Source: Chromera velia (Eukaryota). Taken from it: a stretch of DNA of 64,000 nt. A model generated the notes under the pieces. That model was given only the letters and a program-made list of their open reading frames with translations, did not search any database and was not told the origin of the DNA. Position 1 is the stretch's first letter. Every line of letters begins with the position of its first letter. The translations under genes were made by a program, and so were the position numbers. The stretch covers positions 62,001 through 126,000 of the forward strand of contig JAHBMJ010000410.1 in the NCBI GenBank assembly GCA_018398765.1. The letters are read 5' to 3'. Positions 46,744 to 59,300 of this stretch are shown in pieces.

Positions 46744-49088
46744 GACTGACTGACTGACTTTGCGAGGATCCACCGGTAGTCCTCCAGGGCGCCCTCCATC
46801 CTTCCAAGGGAGTAGGCAGCCTTCGCTCTGCACAATGCGAATTCCAAAGACGCACAAACACCACTTCCAGACAGCGCATACGAGTAGGCAGTCAGGAAAT
46901 GAAGTACAAAAGCAAAGAACAGTGACCCCCAACAAGAGCATTGAAGATTTTGTTGGATGACTACGTGCAGGCATGCACAAAAGAGTCAAACAAGATTCAT
47001 TGGCGGTTCACATGGAAAAAAGAAGAGAGAGTCCTTCCTCTCTCCTCCATTCGATTCCCCTGGCTGCGTTCTCGAATAGACCTGGAAAAACACGAATTTC
47101 CCCTCCTCCTCCCTCACCCTGCCGACTCACCTCCGGTATCGCGCCTTTTCGTCGGTCTCGTCGATCGACAGCGCCTCGGAAGCGGCCTCTGCAGGAGAAG
47201 CAAGAGAAGAGAAAAATAGACAAACATATCCACCAGGGTGGAGAAGTGCCCCGAGGACCTGCCTGTCCGGTTCATGAGGTCACAAGGTTGAATCGAAGCA
47301 TCAACAAAACCAGGCAGGGAAAACGGCCCGCTGTCAATAACGGTCGCGTCATCTGACAAAGAGTCCGTCCACATAGCTGACTCCCAGCTTCAGTCAGGCT
47401 AGTCTCTGTGAGAGACAAGGCGAAAACCTGTCCGATCCGAGTTCCTCTGAAAGAAAGACACAAAGTGGAGGGAGGAATTACTCAAGAGCAAATAAATGAA
47501 CTGACTGACTGACTGACTGTGTGCTTCATGCCAATTGTCCACCTTGAGAGCTGCCTGTGCCCTGTTCCGATGAAAGAGTCCGAGCATCTCCTGGACTCTC
47601 TGTGTGTCCTCATCGTTCGTTCCCTCCACCCAGTTCAAAAGTTCAACGCCCTGCACATCGGAAGGAAGAGAGACAAAAACGCACAAGCACGCTTGTCGGT
47701 ATTTTTGTGCCAAAAAAGCCCGCATGAACTCCTTTTCCATCCCTTTTCATCCATCTTTCCTTTTGTAGATCAAGTTGACCTAAAGAAGCACGCAGCCAAC
47801 CTGTAAGAGGAGAAGAAAGACAATGGAATAGTAAAGGCGGGGCAAAATCGTGAATTTCTCCTCGCTTCTCACTGTGCATGTACCTAGACAAAATAAAAGA
47901 TAAGCACCATCGCTTCGCCATGTCCGCCAGAAAACAAAAGCGAGTTCCCCTTCTTCCTTCTACTCTCTCACCCACCCCCTCACCTCACCTGTGTGTATCG
48001 AGTGAGGGCCATCTCAAACTCCCCCTTTTCGTACGCAGCCCTCCCAGAGGCCTTCATTTCTTCTCCAAGTTGAAAGTGCCCCACCAGCTCATGAGGCGAC
48101 AGTTTCCGCTTCCCCTTGGAGAGCCCTGCAACAGGAGAACAACGGACTTACAGCAGAGAACCGATCAAACAAGACAGACCAAAAACACAGATCGAATCCT
48201 ATAGGGCCCATTCTCTCTCTTTCTCTCTCTCTGTCCCCCTCCCCCCTTCTCTCCCCCTGTATCGCAGCACATCCCGAATAAACTGTTCGGCAAACAAAAA
48301 CGTGGTCGAAAGAAGCAAAGTGGAGCAGCTCGCCTTTCTCCTTGCGGTCTCGCCCTGCTTCTCAGGCACACATTCGAGATGGACACACCAGCACCCTATG
48401 CCCCCCCCCCCCCCCNAGAAGAACGACGACTGACCGGGAACCCACTCTTCCCTTTGGGGTGGTGCAGGCTCGTCCGTCGTCTCTGCGGAAGGTGCTTCCT
48501 CCAAGGGGCTACCGTCGGCCCCCTCGGCTTGAGTGCGGTCGACCTCTTTTGTCTTCGCAGATGCCGTCTCCGCGGCCTTGACCGTCTCCTCAGCGGCTCG
48601 ACCCATGCTCTCGGTCCATTGCTTTGCAATCTGTCGAGCTGCAGACATGTGGCCACATACATCGGTTCACCCAGCAACAGACAGGGGGGACGACAGAGGA
48701 ACATCCTCCTGGACACCTGACAGAAATGCTTCCTTACAAACTCACCATGATCAGGATTGGTCTTGAACTCCTCGGCGTATGTCTGCATCAGCTGGTAGAT
48801 GGGCGTAGACGGCTGAAAGGAGTCTGCAAAAGTGGACCCCGACTTCTGGGAGTCCTTCATGAAGCTGTGAAGAAGACGGTGAACCATCGGTTCCCGTACT
48901 ACGGGCGCAATCATCTTCTTCGTCTCTGAGCTACACGCAGACAACGCATTCTTCAACTGAGTTCTTTCTACCTCAAGTTGAGTCTCTGTCATTTTCGCGC
49001 GCTCATCCTGCTCGTGCTTGGCAAGCAGGTCTTGCGCCTCCTGGTTCTTCAGGAGAAATCGAGCAAAGGATGCCTGTGAAAGGTCCAT
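44552..49088 (-). CDS. Multi-exon TPR-repeat protein with C-terminal protein C10-like helical domain
   Basis: Starts MDLSQASF (49088). TPR-like exons GEEMKASGRAAYEKGEFEMALTRYTQ, LFHRNRAQAALK, EAASEALSIDETDEKARYRR, AKAAYSLGRMEGALEDYR. C-terminal LSLEETTTLLTELRDLYK / SDDFEKQLREIRK...VMPETQ / TPVLRKWGF / DLDRIVGFWSARDETVRGLSKDLMATVMGDFWGEEAS* (last exon 44552-44665). Confidence 0.75.
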
Positions 49089-49782
49089 TTTACACCCAAA
49101 CAACACGTAGAAGGAAGATCAATGAGGCTCGAATCCAAGATAACCAAACCGCTGTTCCATGCAGCGTGGAACGTCAGCAAAGTTTTTTTCGTGACGAAAG
49201 TGATGTTTGAAAAGCTTGAAGACGCGTCGCAACCATGGGTAATGTGTGAATTGAGCAGCTTGCTGTAGATTCTGCATGACTGCGCGAACAGAGAACGTGA
49301 TTCGTGATCGAAGGACTCTGGTTGCATGATGTGTTGTTTGAACTTTGAGAAGGAGCCGTAAATGCTGCGGGCCCGAAAGGCACGTACAGATGAGTGAGAA
49401 ATAGACAGAGTTCCAAGGATGGCCGCAACGATACTAAAAAAAGTTTGTTCGTAAAAAAACGGGATACACCCAACCAGTTGGGTGAGTGCCTCGGGGGGCC
49501 ACTTAGGGGGTCGGCCATAATTTGATTGATGCAAAGCATCAGGGGTCGACTTGGGCATGCCAAACTATATGTCTTGCCTGCATGTGCAAAGTGGCGGGGG
49601 CCACGGCAACGTGCGCAAAATATGCTTTTCGGGACCGCGCACATGCAACTCCGTGCGAGTTACTTGAGGGGCACGTATCATGAGGAGCGAAGTAATTATA
49701 ATGCGATCACTGCTCCGTGCGACTTGCTTGAGGGGCACATTTTGGAATTCCGTTACGGACGGACAGAGCTAGACCGGACAGA

Positions 49783-49886
49783 ACCGAACCCCCCCCCCAA
49801 AAAATGAAAAAATGCGTTATGCGGATCCGTGCGATCTCAGGGCCTCTCGGCTGATCTCAGCAGAGCTGAGCTGCCCCCCGAGGCGA
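49783..49886 (+). repeat. ~105-bp dispersed element, copy 2, in the divergent intergenic region upstream of the FAS/PKS
   Basis: Near-identical to 1010-1113, same orientation. Confidence 0.85.
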
Positions 49887-50353
49887 CAAAAACAATGTAT
49901 GCATGTGCAATTTCGTCAGATTTGGACTGGGGCCTTCATCCCCTCTCAGATGATCTCAGATGGCAGCTCCGACATCTAAAAAAGGGTACCGATACGCTGA
50001 CACAACTACATCTCCGTGAGAGCTCCCAGAAAAGCGATTTTGCCAAAAGAACATTCGTGAAATCGAACTTTCCGGGGCCATCATGCACCCATCCGATCAT
50101 CAACCGGCTGCGCATGTGTCCATCTCTTTCAGCAGCTTACCCGAGTTCTCACCGTTGTGATGCAGGTGGATACGTAGAACTCTGTTTCTTTCCATCCCTT
50201 CCATTCTCACTCGGTAGTTCTCGGCTTGTGACAGTTTGTGCAACCTGAGACCGGCAGACGGTAACCATACGCATTCGATCAAGCTCTCTGTCGGTCACTA
50301 GATTTTTCTCCTTTCGCAACGGCATCGTTCTCAGTGTGTCTGTCTGATCAGTG

Positions 50354-53262
50354 ATGGACACCGTCAACATCGGGGCGGGCTTCAATGTCCCCCCGCGACC
50401 AGTATTCGATGATCTGAAGTCGTTGTATGACGTTTACGGCCCTTCTCCCATTCCCCGGCGCCTACAGAAACTTGCCTCAACAAAGGAAGGGGAACCGTTG
50501 ATCACCTGGCTGGATGCCGATGCAGAGATCTCCCAAGTAGTTACGTGTGATGGCCTTCACAAGAATGTTACCCGTCTGGCCCTGTACATGGTTGATGAAC
50601 TCGGGCTTGAAAAGGGGGACCGAGTCATCCTGTGTTACCCGCCAGGCATTGACTTTCTCATTGCGTTCTATGCGTGTGCGTACACGGGTGTGATTGCTGT
50701 GCCTGTATACCCCCCCGAGCCGAACAAAGCTGCAACAGACGTGCCCCGATTCTGCGATATTGCCTCATCCGCTGAGGCTTCCTACTGCTTTACCAACCCT
50801 TTCTACAGGCGGGTGGTCACAGTTGTGTCCACTTTCGCCAACGACAAACGGTGGAACGACTACCAGTGGGTGACGACGCCCACCGCCCTCGAGGAGATTT
50901 CCCTGGAGGCAGTGGAAACGTACCAGATCCCAGACATCGAACCGAACGACGTCATGTTCCTTCAATTTACTTCTGGATCCACATCTGCACCCAAGGGTGT
51001 CATGGTCACACACGGTTCTCTCATTCACAATATCCATCAGTGTTTGGTTTCGTTCGGGATGGACTCTTCTCTCGACGATCCCAACACACACGAGAACATC
51101 CAGAATTACAAGGTCACAGAGTACGACTCGTTCTTTACGAAACGTGAGGAAATCTCCAGAAAAACCAGGGGGCACGGCTTGAGATGCTTCTCTTGGCTTC
51201 CTGTGTATCACGACATGGGTCTTATCGGGTTTGTCTGTACGCCCATTTTCTTCGGGGTGCAGATTTACCAGATGAGCCCGATCGATTTTATCAGAAGACC
51301 ACACAGCTGGCTCGTTGGAATGACCCGGTACAGAGCCTGCTGCTGTGCTGCCCCCAACTTTGCATTCGAAGTGGTGGTGAGAAAAATGCCCGAAGCAACC
51401 TTCCAGAAATTGGACCTTCGGCACGTCTGCGCCTTCCTTTGCGGGGCAGAACCCGTCCGTGCGTTGACGATCCGACGATTCGTTGACGTCAGTCAGTTTG
51501 GCAGTTTGTCATTTTGCTCCTCCGTGGGCATGTAGGGAGAGCGGGGGGCTGAGGGAATATTCGTGCCTGTCGTTTTGCTGACTTTCGGTCCGTCATTGCT
51601 TTCTGCTTGTGCTTCTTCCCCTCACTCGGTCTTCTGCCATCTCTTTTTCTTTTTTTCTGCACGCACGCTAACTTTGTCGCGTCGTGTGGACCACTCACGG
51701 CCGTTTTCTGTCCTGGTTCCAATCGTCTATCTCCTTTGAGCTTGCAGAAATTTCACTCTGTCGGCGTTCGTTCCTGGATGTTTGCGCCTGCTTTCGGCCT
51801 TGCGGAGAACACCTTGTTTGTGACAGGCAGACCTTCGTCTTTCAGGGAGCCGATGGTGATCACAATCGATGCCTCCAGAATGCGAAGAAGTGTCAGTCAG
51901 TCTATCTGTCCGAAAGAAAGGAAACGACAAAGTAAAGTAAAGGAAAGACGATACAGTCTGTCGTTCTGTTTGTGTCTGTCTCGAAACAAAAGAGAGAAAG
52001 ACAAAGTCTGTCTCTCTGTCGAAGAAAAAAGAAAGTGCAAGACAAGTGAGGAGATCTTGATCAGGAAAACGGCGGCACGATCTTGAAGACAATCGATGGG
52101 CGGCTGGAGTGTGGAGGAGATCTCATTTGCGAACATGGCCCGACTTCCGTTCGTTTTTTGCTCTCATTTGCATATCAATCTCTTCAGCCATTCGTTTCAG
52201 AGAAGTTTCTTTTGCGGCACATGAACGCGCTTTCTTCGCTTACTCCTTTCCTCTCGGCTTCACTCACTCAATCGCCTTGCCTGCTCTGTCGGAAAACCAT
52301 CCAACTGCGTCTGTCTGCAGGGCGAGATTGCGACGTTGAACGTCCCTCCGTCAGAAGAACCGGATCCTTCGCGGCTCTGCCTCGTTTCCTGTGGAAAGGC
52401 CTTCCCGGGAGTGACGGGTCCGTTTTTTGTTTGTTAGAGCTTTTCTTTTTGTCCTTCCATGTTTCTTTGATTGGCCCACCGGTGTGTTGGTTGGACGATT
52501 TGGTCACGTTTCTTCTCTTAATTATCCCTTTTGATGACGGCTGCCTGCGTGTCAGCAACGCCTTGTCTTTTCCGCCTGTCTCTCGTCCTACACGATTGTT
52601 TGACCATACACGAAAAAAAAAACAAAGAGTGAAAGACGTCAAGAAAGTCCGCCACGATTCTCCCTGAGCCATTGGGGTCTGCCCAAGCAAAGCGAGAAAG
52701 AGTGAATCCGTAAAAAGTAACGAAGTTGCAGACACAGAAAGAAGGCATGTTCGGCTTTGGGTCTGCCTATCTATGTATGCGCAGTGCGCGTTGTGGATCC
52801 GGACAAGAAACGTGAGATGCCTGAGAACAAAACAGGCGAGGTGTGGGTTCTTTCTGCCTCCACTGCCCGAGGGTATTTCAACCTGCCAGAGAAGACCCGG
52901 GAGACCTTTTATGGACAGTGCACCCTTTTGAACGGCCGGCCCTCGGAGAACCTCTATCTCCGCACAGGGGACTCGGGGTTCATCCACAGGGGGGAGCTGT
53001 TCATTGCCGGAAGAATCAAGGACATGCTCATCGTCAGAGGGCGAAATTATTTCCCTCAGGTACGTCTGCCTCTCTCTTCGGTAAACACCTCTCTCTTTTT
53101 GCACAGCCCCCTCCTCTCCTCTCTCTTTGCGTCTGGATCTGGTCCGCTGGGAGGGAGGTGTTTGCGATCTGCTTTCTTTTTCTATCCCATCTCGTTGAGA
53201 ATGCCTCGCGCTTCTTTTTCTGAGAGCGTTGGATGAGCAGATGGATATAGATTTCCGGTTTC

Positions 53263-53311
<49 letters not shown>

Positions 53312-56300
53312 TGTGTGCGTGTGCGTGCGTGTGCGTGCGTGCGTGCGTGTGCGCGCGCGCGCGTGTGTGTGTGTGTGTGTGTGTGTTCATGTCTCGCCTG
53401 TGCGTATTCACACGGCACCAAAAGAAAACTGCAGGTCCTCCTGCATGATGATGTATGAACGTTCAAAACAACTCTGCAGGATATCGAGGAGGCAGTCGAG
53501 GACTGTCCCACAGTTCGAAAGGGGTGCGTTGCCTGCTACTCCCTTGACATCGGGGGGACAGAAAAACTAGGTATTGCTGCCGAGATCAAGGTAGAAGAGG
53601 GCTTTATCGGCTGGCTGTCCAGACTGAGGCCCTCGATGAAGAAACAGTACGACGAGGTCTGCAGAGAGATTTCCAAGGCTGTCTCTGCCAAGATTGGTCT
53701 GCCTGTCTTCAGGGTGTGGCTGCTGAAGCCTAGAGTCCTGCCAAAGACGTCTTCAGGCAAAGTGAGGAGATCCCTTACCAGAGATCTCCTGCTCGAGAAC
53801 CAAATGCCGGTCCGTCTGTCCGTCCGTCCCTCCTGCCTCCGCTTGTGCATTTTGCTTCTCATCGGGTTCTTTCTCCCTGTCCAGCCGTTTGTGTTGCTGG
53901 ACTGATTCGCATCTACCTGTATCTTAAACGCTCGTTGAATTTCTGTGACACCGCAGAATAGAGCTGCACCTTTGAGTGAGTGTGGGCCGAAAGAACTTGT
54001 TCGACTCTCTAATTCCTCTTGCCTGCCTGATTTTCTTTTCAAATCCTCGCAAGCGTCTTTCTTCCTTCCTGCTTCTGCCACCTTCCTGATTCTTTCTTGT
54101 GATCCCTCCTTCCTTCTTTCCACTTCCTGTCTCTGCCTGCCTGCCTGCCTGCCTGCAGGGAGTGCTGCACGACGCCACGATGGAGAACATGGAGGCAGAG
54201 GCCCCTGCCAACAGAGAGAGGGAGCAACCGCCTCGGAAGAGCACGGGGGTGCCTGAGGAAGTCTCCCCTGCTCCGAACCAGCACGCCCTTCCAAAGGGAT
54301 CCGTGAATGGCCACACATCCCCAGAGGAGGCTCCCCCTCAGCCGCAGACCTCTCAGGAGACACACGACAAAGTCAAGGCTGCAGTTGTTGCTGCAGCGTC
54401 CCAACTTCTCGGAAAGCAGCCCCATGAGCTCCCTGACTTTGACGCACCCTTGCATGAGCTTGGTGTGGATTCGATGGGAGCCGTGGAGTTTGCAGAGGAC
54501 GTCAGCAAGGCGTTGGACCTCCATTTGGAGCCGACGCTGATGTTCAATTACCCGACTTTGAATGATATCGTCCTGTTCCTTGTTGAGCAACTCGAAGCTG
54601 GCAGCGGGCAGGGGAAAGCTCAGGGAGGAGTAGGGGGGGGCGTTGGGTATAGCTCAGAACCGGTGGCGGTTGTTGGTGCCGCCTGTCGCTTGCCTGGTGG
54701 GATTGATTCCCTGGGTGCGTTTTGGGATCTGTTGATGAACTACGGAGACGCGATTTCGGAAGTTCCCCGGAGTCGGTGGGACGTGGATGACTACTATGAT
54801 CCCGATCCAGATGCCGACCACAAGATGTACGTGAGGGAGGGAGGGTTCATCGATTGTGCCGAAATGTTCGACGCTTCCTTCTTCCGTATCGGTCCCTCAG
54901 AGGCCAAGGCCATGGACCCTCAACAGCGCATCATGCTGGAGGTTGCCTTCGAGTCCCTCCACTCCGCAGGGTACACCAAGGAGTCTTTGATGAGACAACA
55001 GGTGGGAGTCTTCGTTGGGTGTTGCGCAAACGACTGGTACCAGGTCTGTGCAGCACAGGGACTCCACATCTCGACCTACTCAGCAACTTCCTCGTCGCCT
55101 TCGATCCTCTCCAATCGAATTTCGTACATTTTTGGAATCCACGGTCCCTCGTGTACCGTCGATACCGCCTGCTCTTCCTCGCTCTTTGCTGTCGACTTCG
55201 CACTCCATCATCTTCGCAATGGGACGTGCGTCGCAGCAGCAGCGGGGGGGGTGAATCTGATTCTTGCCCCGTCTGTTACGATTGCCTTCTGCAAAGCCCG
55301 CATGATGGCTCCCGACGCCAGATGCAAGACCTTCGATGCAGCCGCCAACGGATACGTTCGCGGTGAAGGTTGCGGAGCAGTGACGTTGAAGCTTCTGTCC
55401 ACCGCCCAGCAGCAGGAGAACAGCATCTATGCACTCGTGAGGGGGTCAGCGGTCAATCACGGAGGCCGCGCCGCCTCTCTGACTGCTCCCAACGCCCCTG
55501 CACAGCAGAAGGTTCTCATGTCCGCCCTTCGATCTGGCGGCCTCGTGCCTGCCGATCTCGACTTCCTCGAGGCCCACGGCACGGGTACTGCCCTGGGTGA
55601 CCCGATTGAGATGGGGGCGATCAAGGCGGTTTTCTCCTCTTCCAGGGAGATGGACCACCCCTTGATTGTCGGGGCACTGAAGACGAATATCGGACACTTG
55701 GAGGGAGCTGCCGGTATCGCTGGCATGCTCAAGCTGATTCTTTCCCTGATGTACAAAACTGCCCCCCCGAATTTGCACTTCACCAAACTGAACCCCCATA
55801 TCGACTTGGAGGGTTTCAACGTGGCCCTTCCCACAGAACCCATGATGCTGCAGAAGAGTGCGGCAGCGGCAGGGAAGCCCATCCTTGCTGGTGTATCCTC
55901 GTTCGGCTTTGGAGGTGCGAACGCGCACGTCATTTTAGAGGAGGCACCGGTGGACTTGACCCGACCGACAGCAGCCATGGAGCCGTCTCCGATGGTTGGA
56001 CGGTCACCTCTGATGACAGCGGACAAGGCGGGGTCCCCTTGCACGGTTGCCTTCATGTTTGCAGGGCAGGGTGTTCAGTACATGAACATGTGCAAACGGT
56101 TGTTCGACACAGAGCCCGCCTTCCGAACTGCCATGGAGAAGTGCGACGACCTTCTTCGTCCCTTCCTCCCCATTCCTCTCCTCGAACTCATTTACCCGAA
56201 AGACCCGCAGGTAGAGGCAGAGATGGAGACGCATCTGTACAAGACCCGCTCATGCCATCCAGCGATTTTCGCGATTGAGTGGTCTCTGTGCGAGCTGTGG

Positions 56301-59300
56301 AGGTCATATGGGGTGAAGCCAGACGCGGTTTTTGGTCATGGTGTGGGCGAAGTGGTTGCTGCGGTTGTTGCCGGAGTGATCTCATTCGAGGAAGGGTTGC
56401 AGCTCGTTGCCCAACGTGCTTCGATGCTCTCTGAAATGGACTGCAGTGACCACGCGATGTGTGCTACTCGCGCCTCCCTTGAAGACGTCGAGATGGCCAT
56501 GGCAGAGGTGGGGCCTGAGAACTCTTCCTCTGTGGGTGTGGCAATCATCAATGGTCCCCGTTCTGTGGTGTTGTCGGGGTTGAGGGAGGAGGTCGAGATG
56601 GTGTTGCGGGCACTGGACTCCCAGGATCTCTGCAAGTACATCAACTCAGATATCGCCTGCCACTCTCCTCTGTTGAAGGATACGAGAGGCCCTCTCGGTC
56701 AACTGATTTCGGGATTTGACCTTTCAGAACCCTCTGGTCCCGTCAGACTGGTCGCCTCTCGGACAGGAGAGTGGGCAACTCGCGAGATTGCACATCCGAA
56801 GTACTGGGCCGATCAGCTGATTGCCACAGTCCGGTTCAGCCAGTGTGTCGACACAGTGGTCGGGGCGGGGTGTCGTGTGTTGATTGAGATCTCCCCCTCC
56901 TCTGAGGCAGTTCTCATCAGCATGGCAAAACAGTCCAATGCGGCTGCAGGGGATTCTCAGTTGAAGTGGATTCCGTCTGTGCCCTCCGGGGCCGAGGCCG
57001 AATTCCGTCAGTTGGTCGATCAGTGCAAGACGGTGCAGGCATCCGTCGCGACTTCCAGAAGAGTCCGTAAAGAGCGTGCGAGCACTGAGGGCCAACAGGC
57101 AATGATGTCCGCTGCCGGTTCCGGTGCGCCCATTGCCGAACTGACCCGCTGCCTGGCATCGATTCTGTACCAACCCCAGCCGTTCCCGTGGGTCGACATT
57201 CCTCATCCTCTGATCGGAAGGAAGCAGAAAAAACCCGATGGATCCATTTTCTTTGAGATGCCCTTCCCTCGTCGGGCAGTGCCGCTCTTTGGTGACCATG
57301 TCGTCAACGGAACTGCCATCATGCCGGGAACAGGTTTCCTCGAAATGATTGCAGCGGCTGGAGGAGCGCTCGAAATGCGCAGCGCACTGAACAACATCGT
57401 GTGTGTTGACAACGTGACATTCGAGCGCCCCATGATGGTGGGCTCTCAGTCCCTTGCGTTCGAGTTTGAAACCGCCGGACGGAGTCCTCGAGGGTCCCTT
57501 CTTCATGCTGAGGGTTCAGCCTCCGTCAGCGCGCGTACCGCCACACGCGTGGGTCCGATGAGCACCCCCCGACGCAGTGGGTATGGAGTCCCTGGGGGGG
57601 GGAGACGGTCGAGTAATCCGACTCCCAGGATGGGCAAGGGAACACCGCGGCTCCACCCCGGCCATTCTCCCATGGCGGCTGGGGGCGGCCAGCTGTCGGG
57701 ACGTCACGCCTCAACAGAGCTCCATGCGTCAGGCACTGGAGGTGCAGAGGAAGGGAATCGGACTCCCAGAGTGGCCAGCGATCCCGGCATCACCGTTTGC
57801 TGCCGTGTCGGCGCGTTGCCGAACACGCAGATTTCCATCAGTTCCAAGCCTACAAGCGGCAGGGACGAGGAGGAGGTCCCCCATGTGTCGGGTAAACTGA
57901 CCACAGAAACCCACGAAGCTGCCGACTCGTTCTGCAAACAGGTTCTTGACGAACGCTGGTTGGAGACGGCAAGGCAAAGGTGCTGCGTGCCTCATGATGT
58001 CCCGCAACTGTACCTGTCTCTGAGAGACCACGGCCTTCAGTATGGAGCCCGTTTCCGCACCATTCAGCAACTGTGGCGCCAGAAGCAGCCCACAGGCGGT
58101 GCTGGAGATGAGGTCTTGGCCCTCCTCGCACCGTCGAGTCGCATCGATTCTTTCGAAAACGGCTTTGCTCTCCACCCAGCTGTCCTTGACGGCGCTCTTC
58201 AGTCTGCGTCAGTGATGATTGCACAGGCAGAAGAGAAGAAAGAGGCCTCAAAGAAAAGAGCCCTTGTCCCTTTCTTTGTTGGTCGAGCCTTTTTGGGCAA
58301 GCAACAGTCGGGCAGTGAGAGCTTTGCACTGATCCAGTTGGTCAAAAGAGAGGCGCGGTCTGCGACGATCAACGTGACCCTGATGGACACGAGGGGGCAG
58401 TTCCTGGCCAGACTCGAGAACTTGTCCCTCAGACAGGTTGGTCACATGCAGCCAGACAAACAAATATGCAGAATCTGTTCTTTGAAAGCCAGTCAAAAGG
58501 AGCAGCAATCGTAGACATGATTTCACCAACCGCAGAGTTGCCCACAAAACGGATTACAACTCATCCCTTGGTTTTGTGATTTCCTTTTTGCCCTCCGTTT
58601 TCTTCTCTGCCCTCTTCCGGCTGATCTTCGTATTTGTTCGCGTCTCCTTTTTGTGATGGACCGCCGTCTGAGCGGGCAGCAATTCCAGATGCCTTCTGAA
58701 TTAATCGATTGCGTCTGTCTCGCTCTCTGTCTGTGTCCTTACATTCCTCCATGCAGGTCGACCTGACCCCTGCTGCCGAGATCCCCAGAGATCTGATCTG
58801 GGAGGTCTCGTGGAAGCAGATCCCTGCTGCTGCAGCGCCTCCCTCGGCCATTGGGACGGCTGGAGGAGTCTTGCTGGTGGGAGTGGATGAGCAACTGGGG
58901 GGGAGCCTCTCGAAGCAGCTCGGGGTCCTCGGTGTGCCCTGCACCACGTACGACTTTGCAAAGCGCACCACGACGATGCAACACGACATCGTCGCTCTTC
59001 TGCAGAAGGAGGGAGGGGGACCCACAGCGATCATTTACGTGGCTGCCCTAATGAAGAACGTTGACGCAGTGGATGTTGCTGACGGGGCCCTCCAACTCTG
59101 TCTTGCACTCTCTACTGCGGCGTCGAAGAAGCGGGGTTCCTCTCAGCCAGGAAAGTCCCCTTTCCCTCCCGTGCTGCTCGTCACTGCCGGGTGTCAGTTC
59201 ACGAACGTGACTGATCTGAAGAGTGAATCGAGGAGCCAGATGCCTGTACACGCAGGTCTCTGGGGCTTTGCTCGAACAGCAAGACTCGAGCTCGAGGCAA

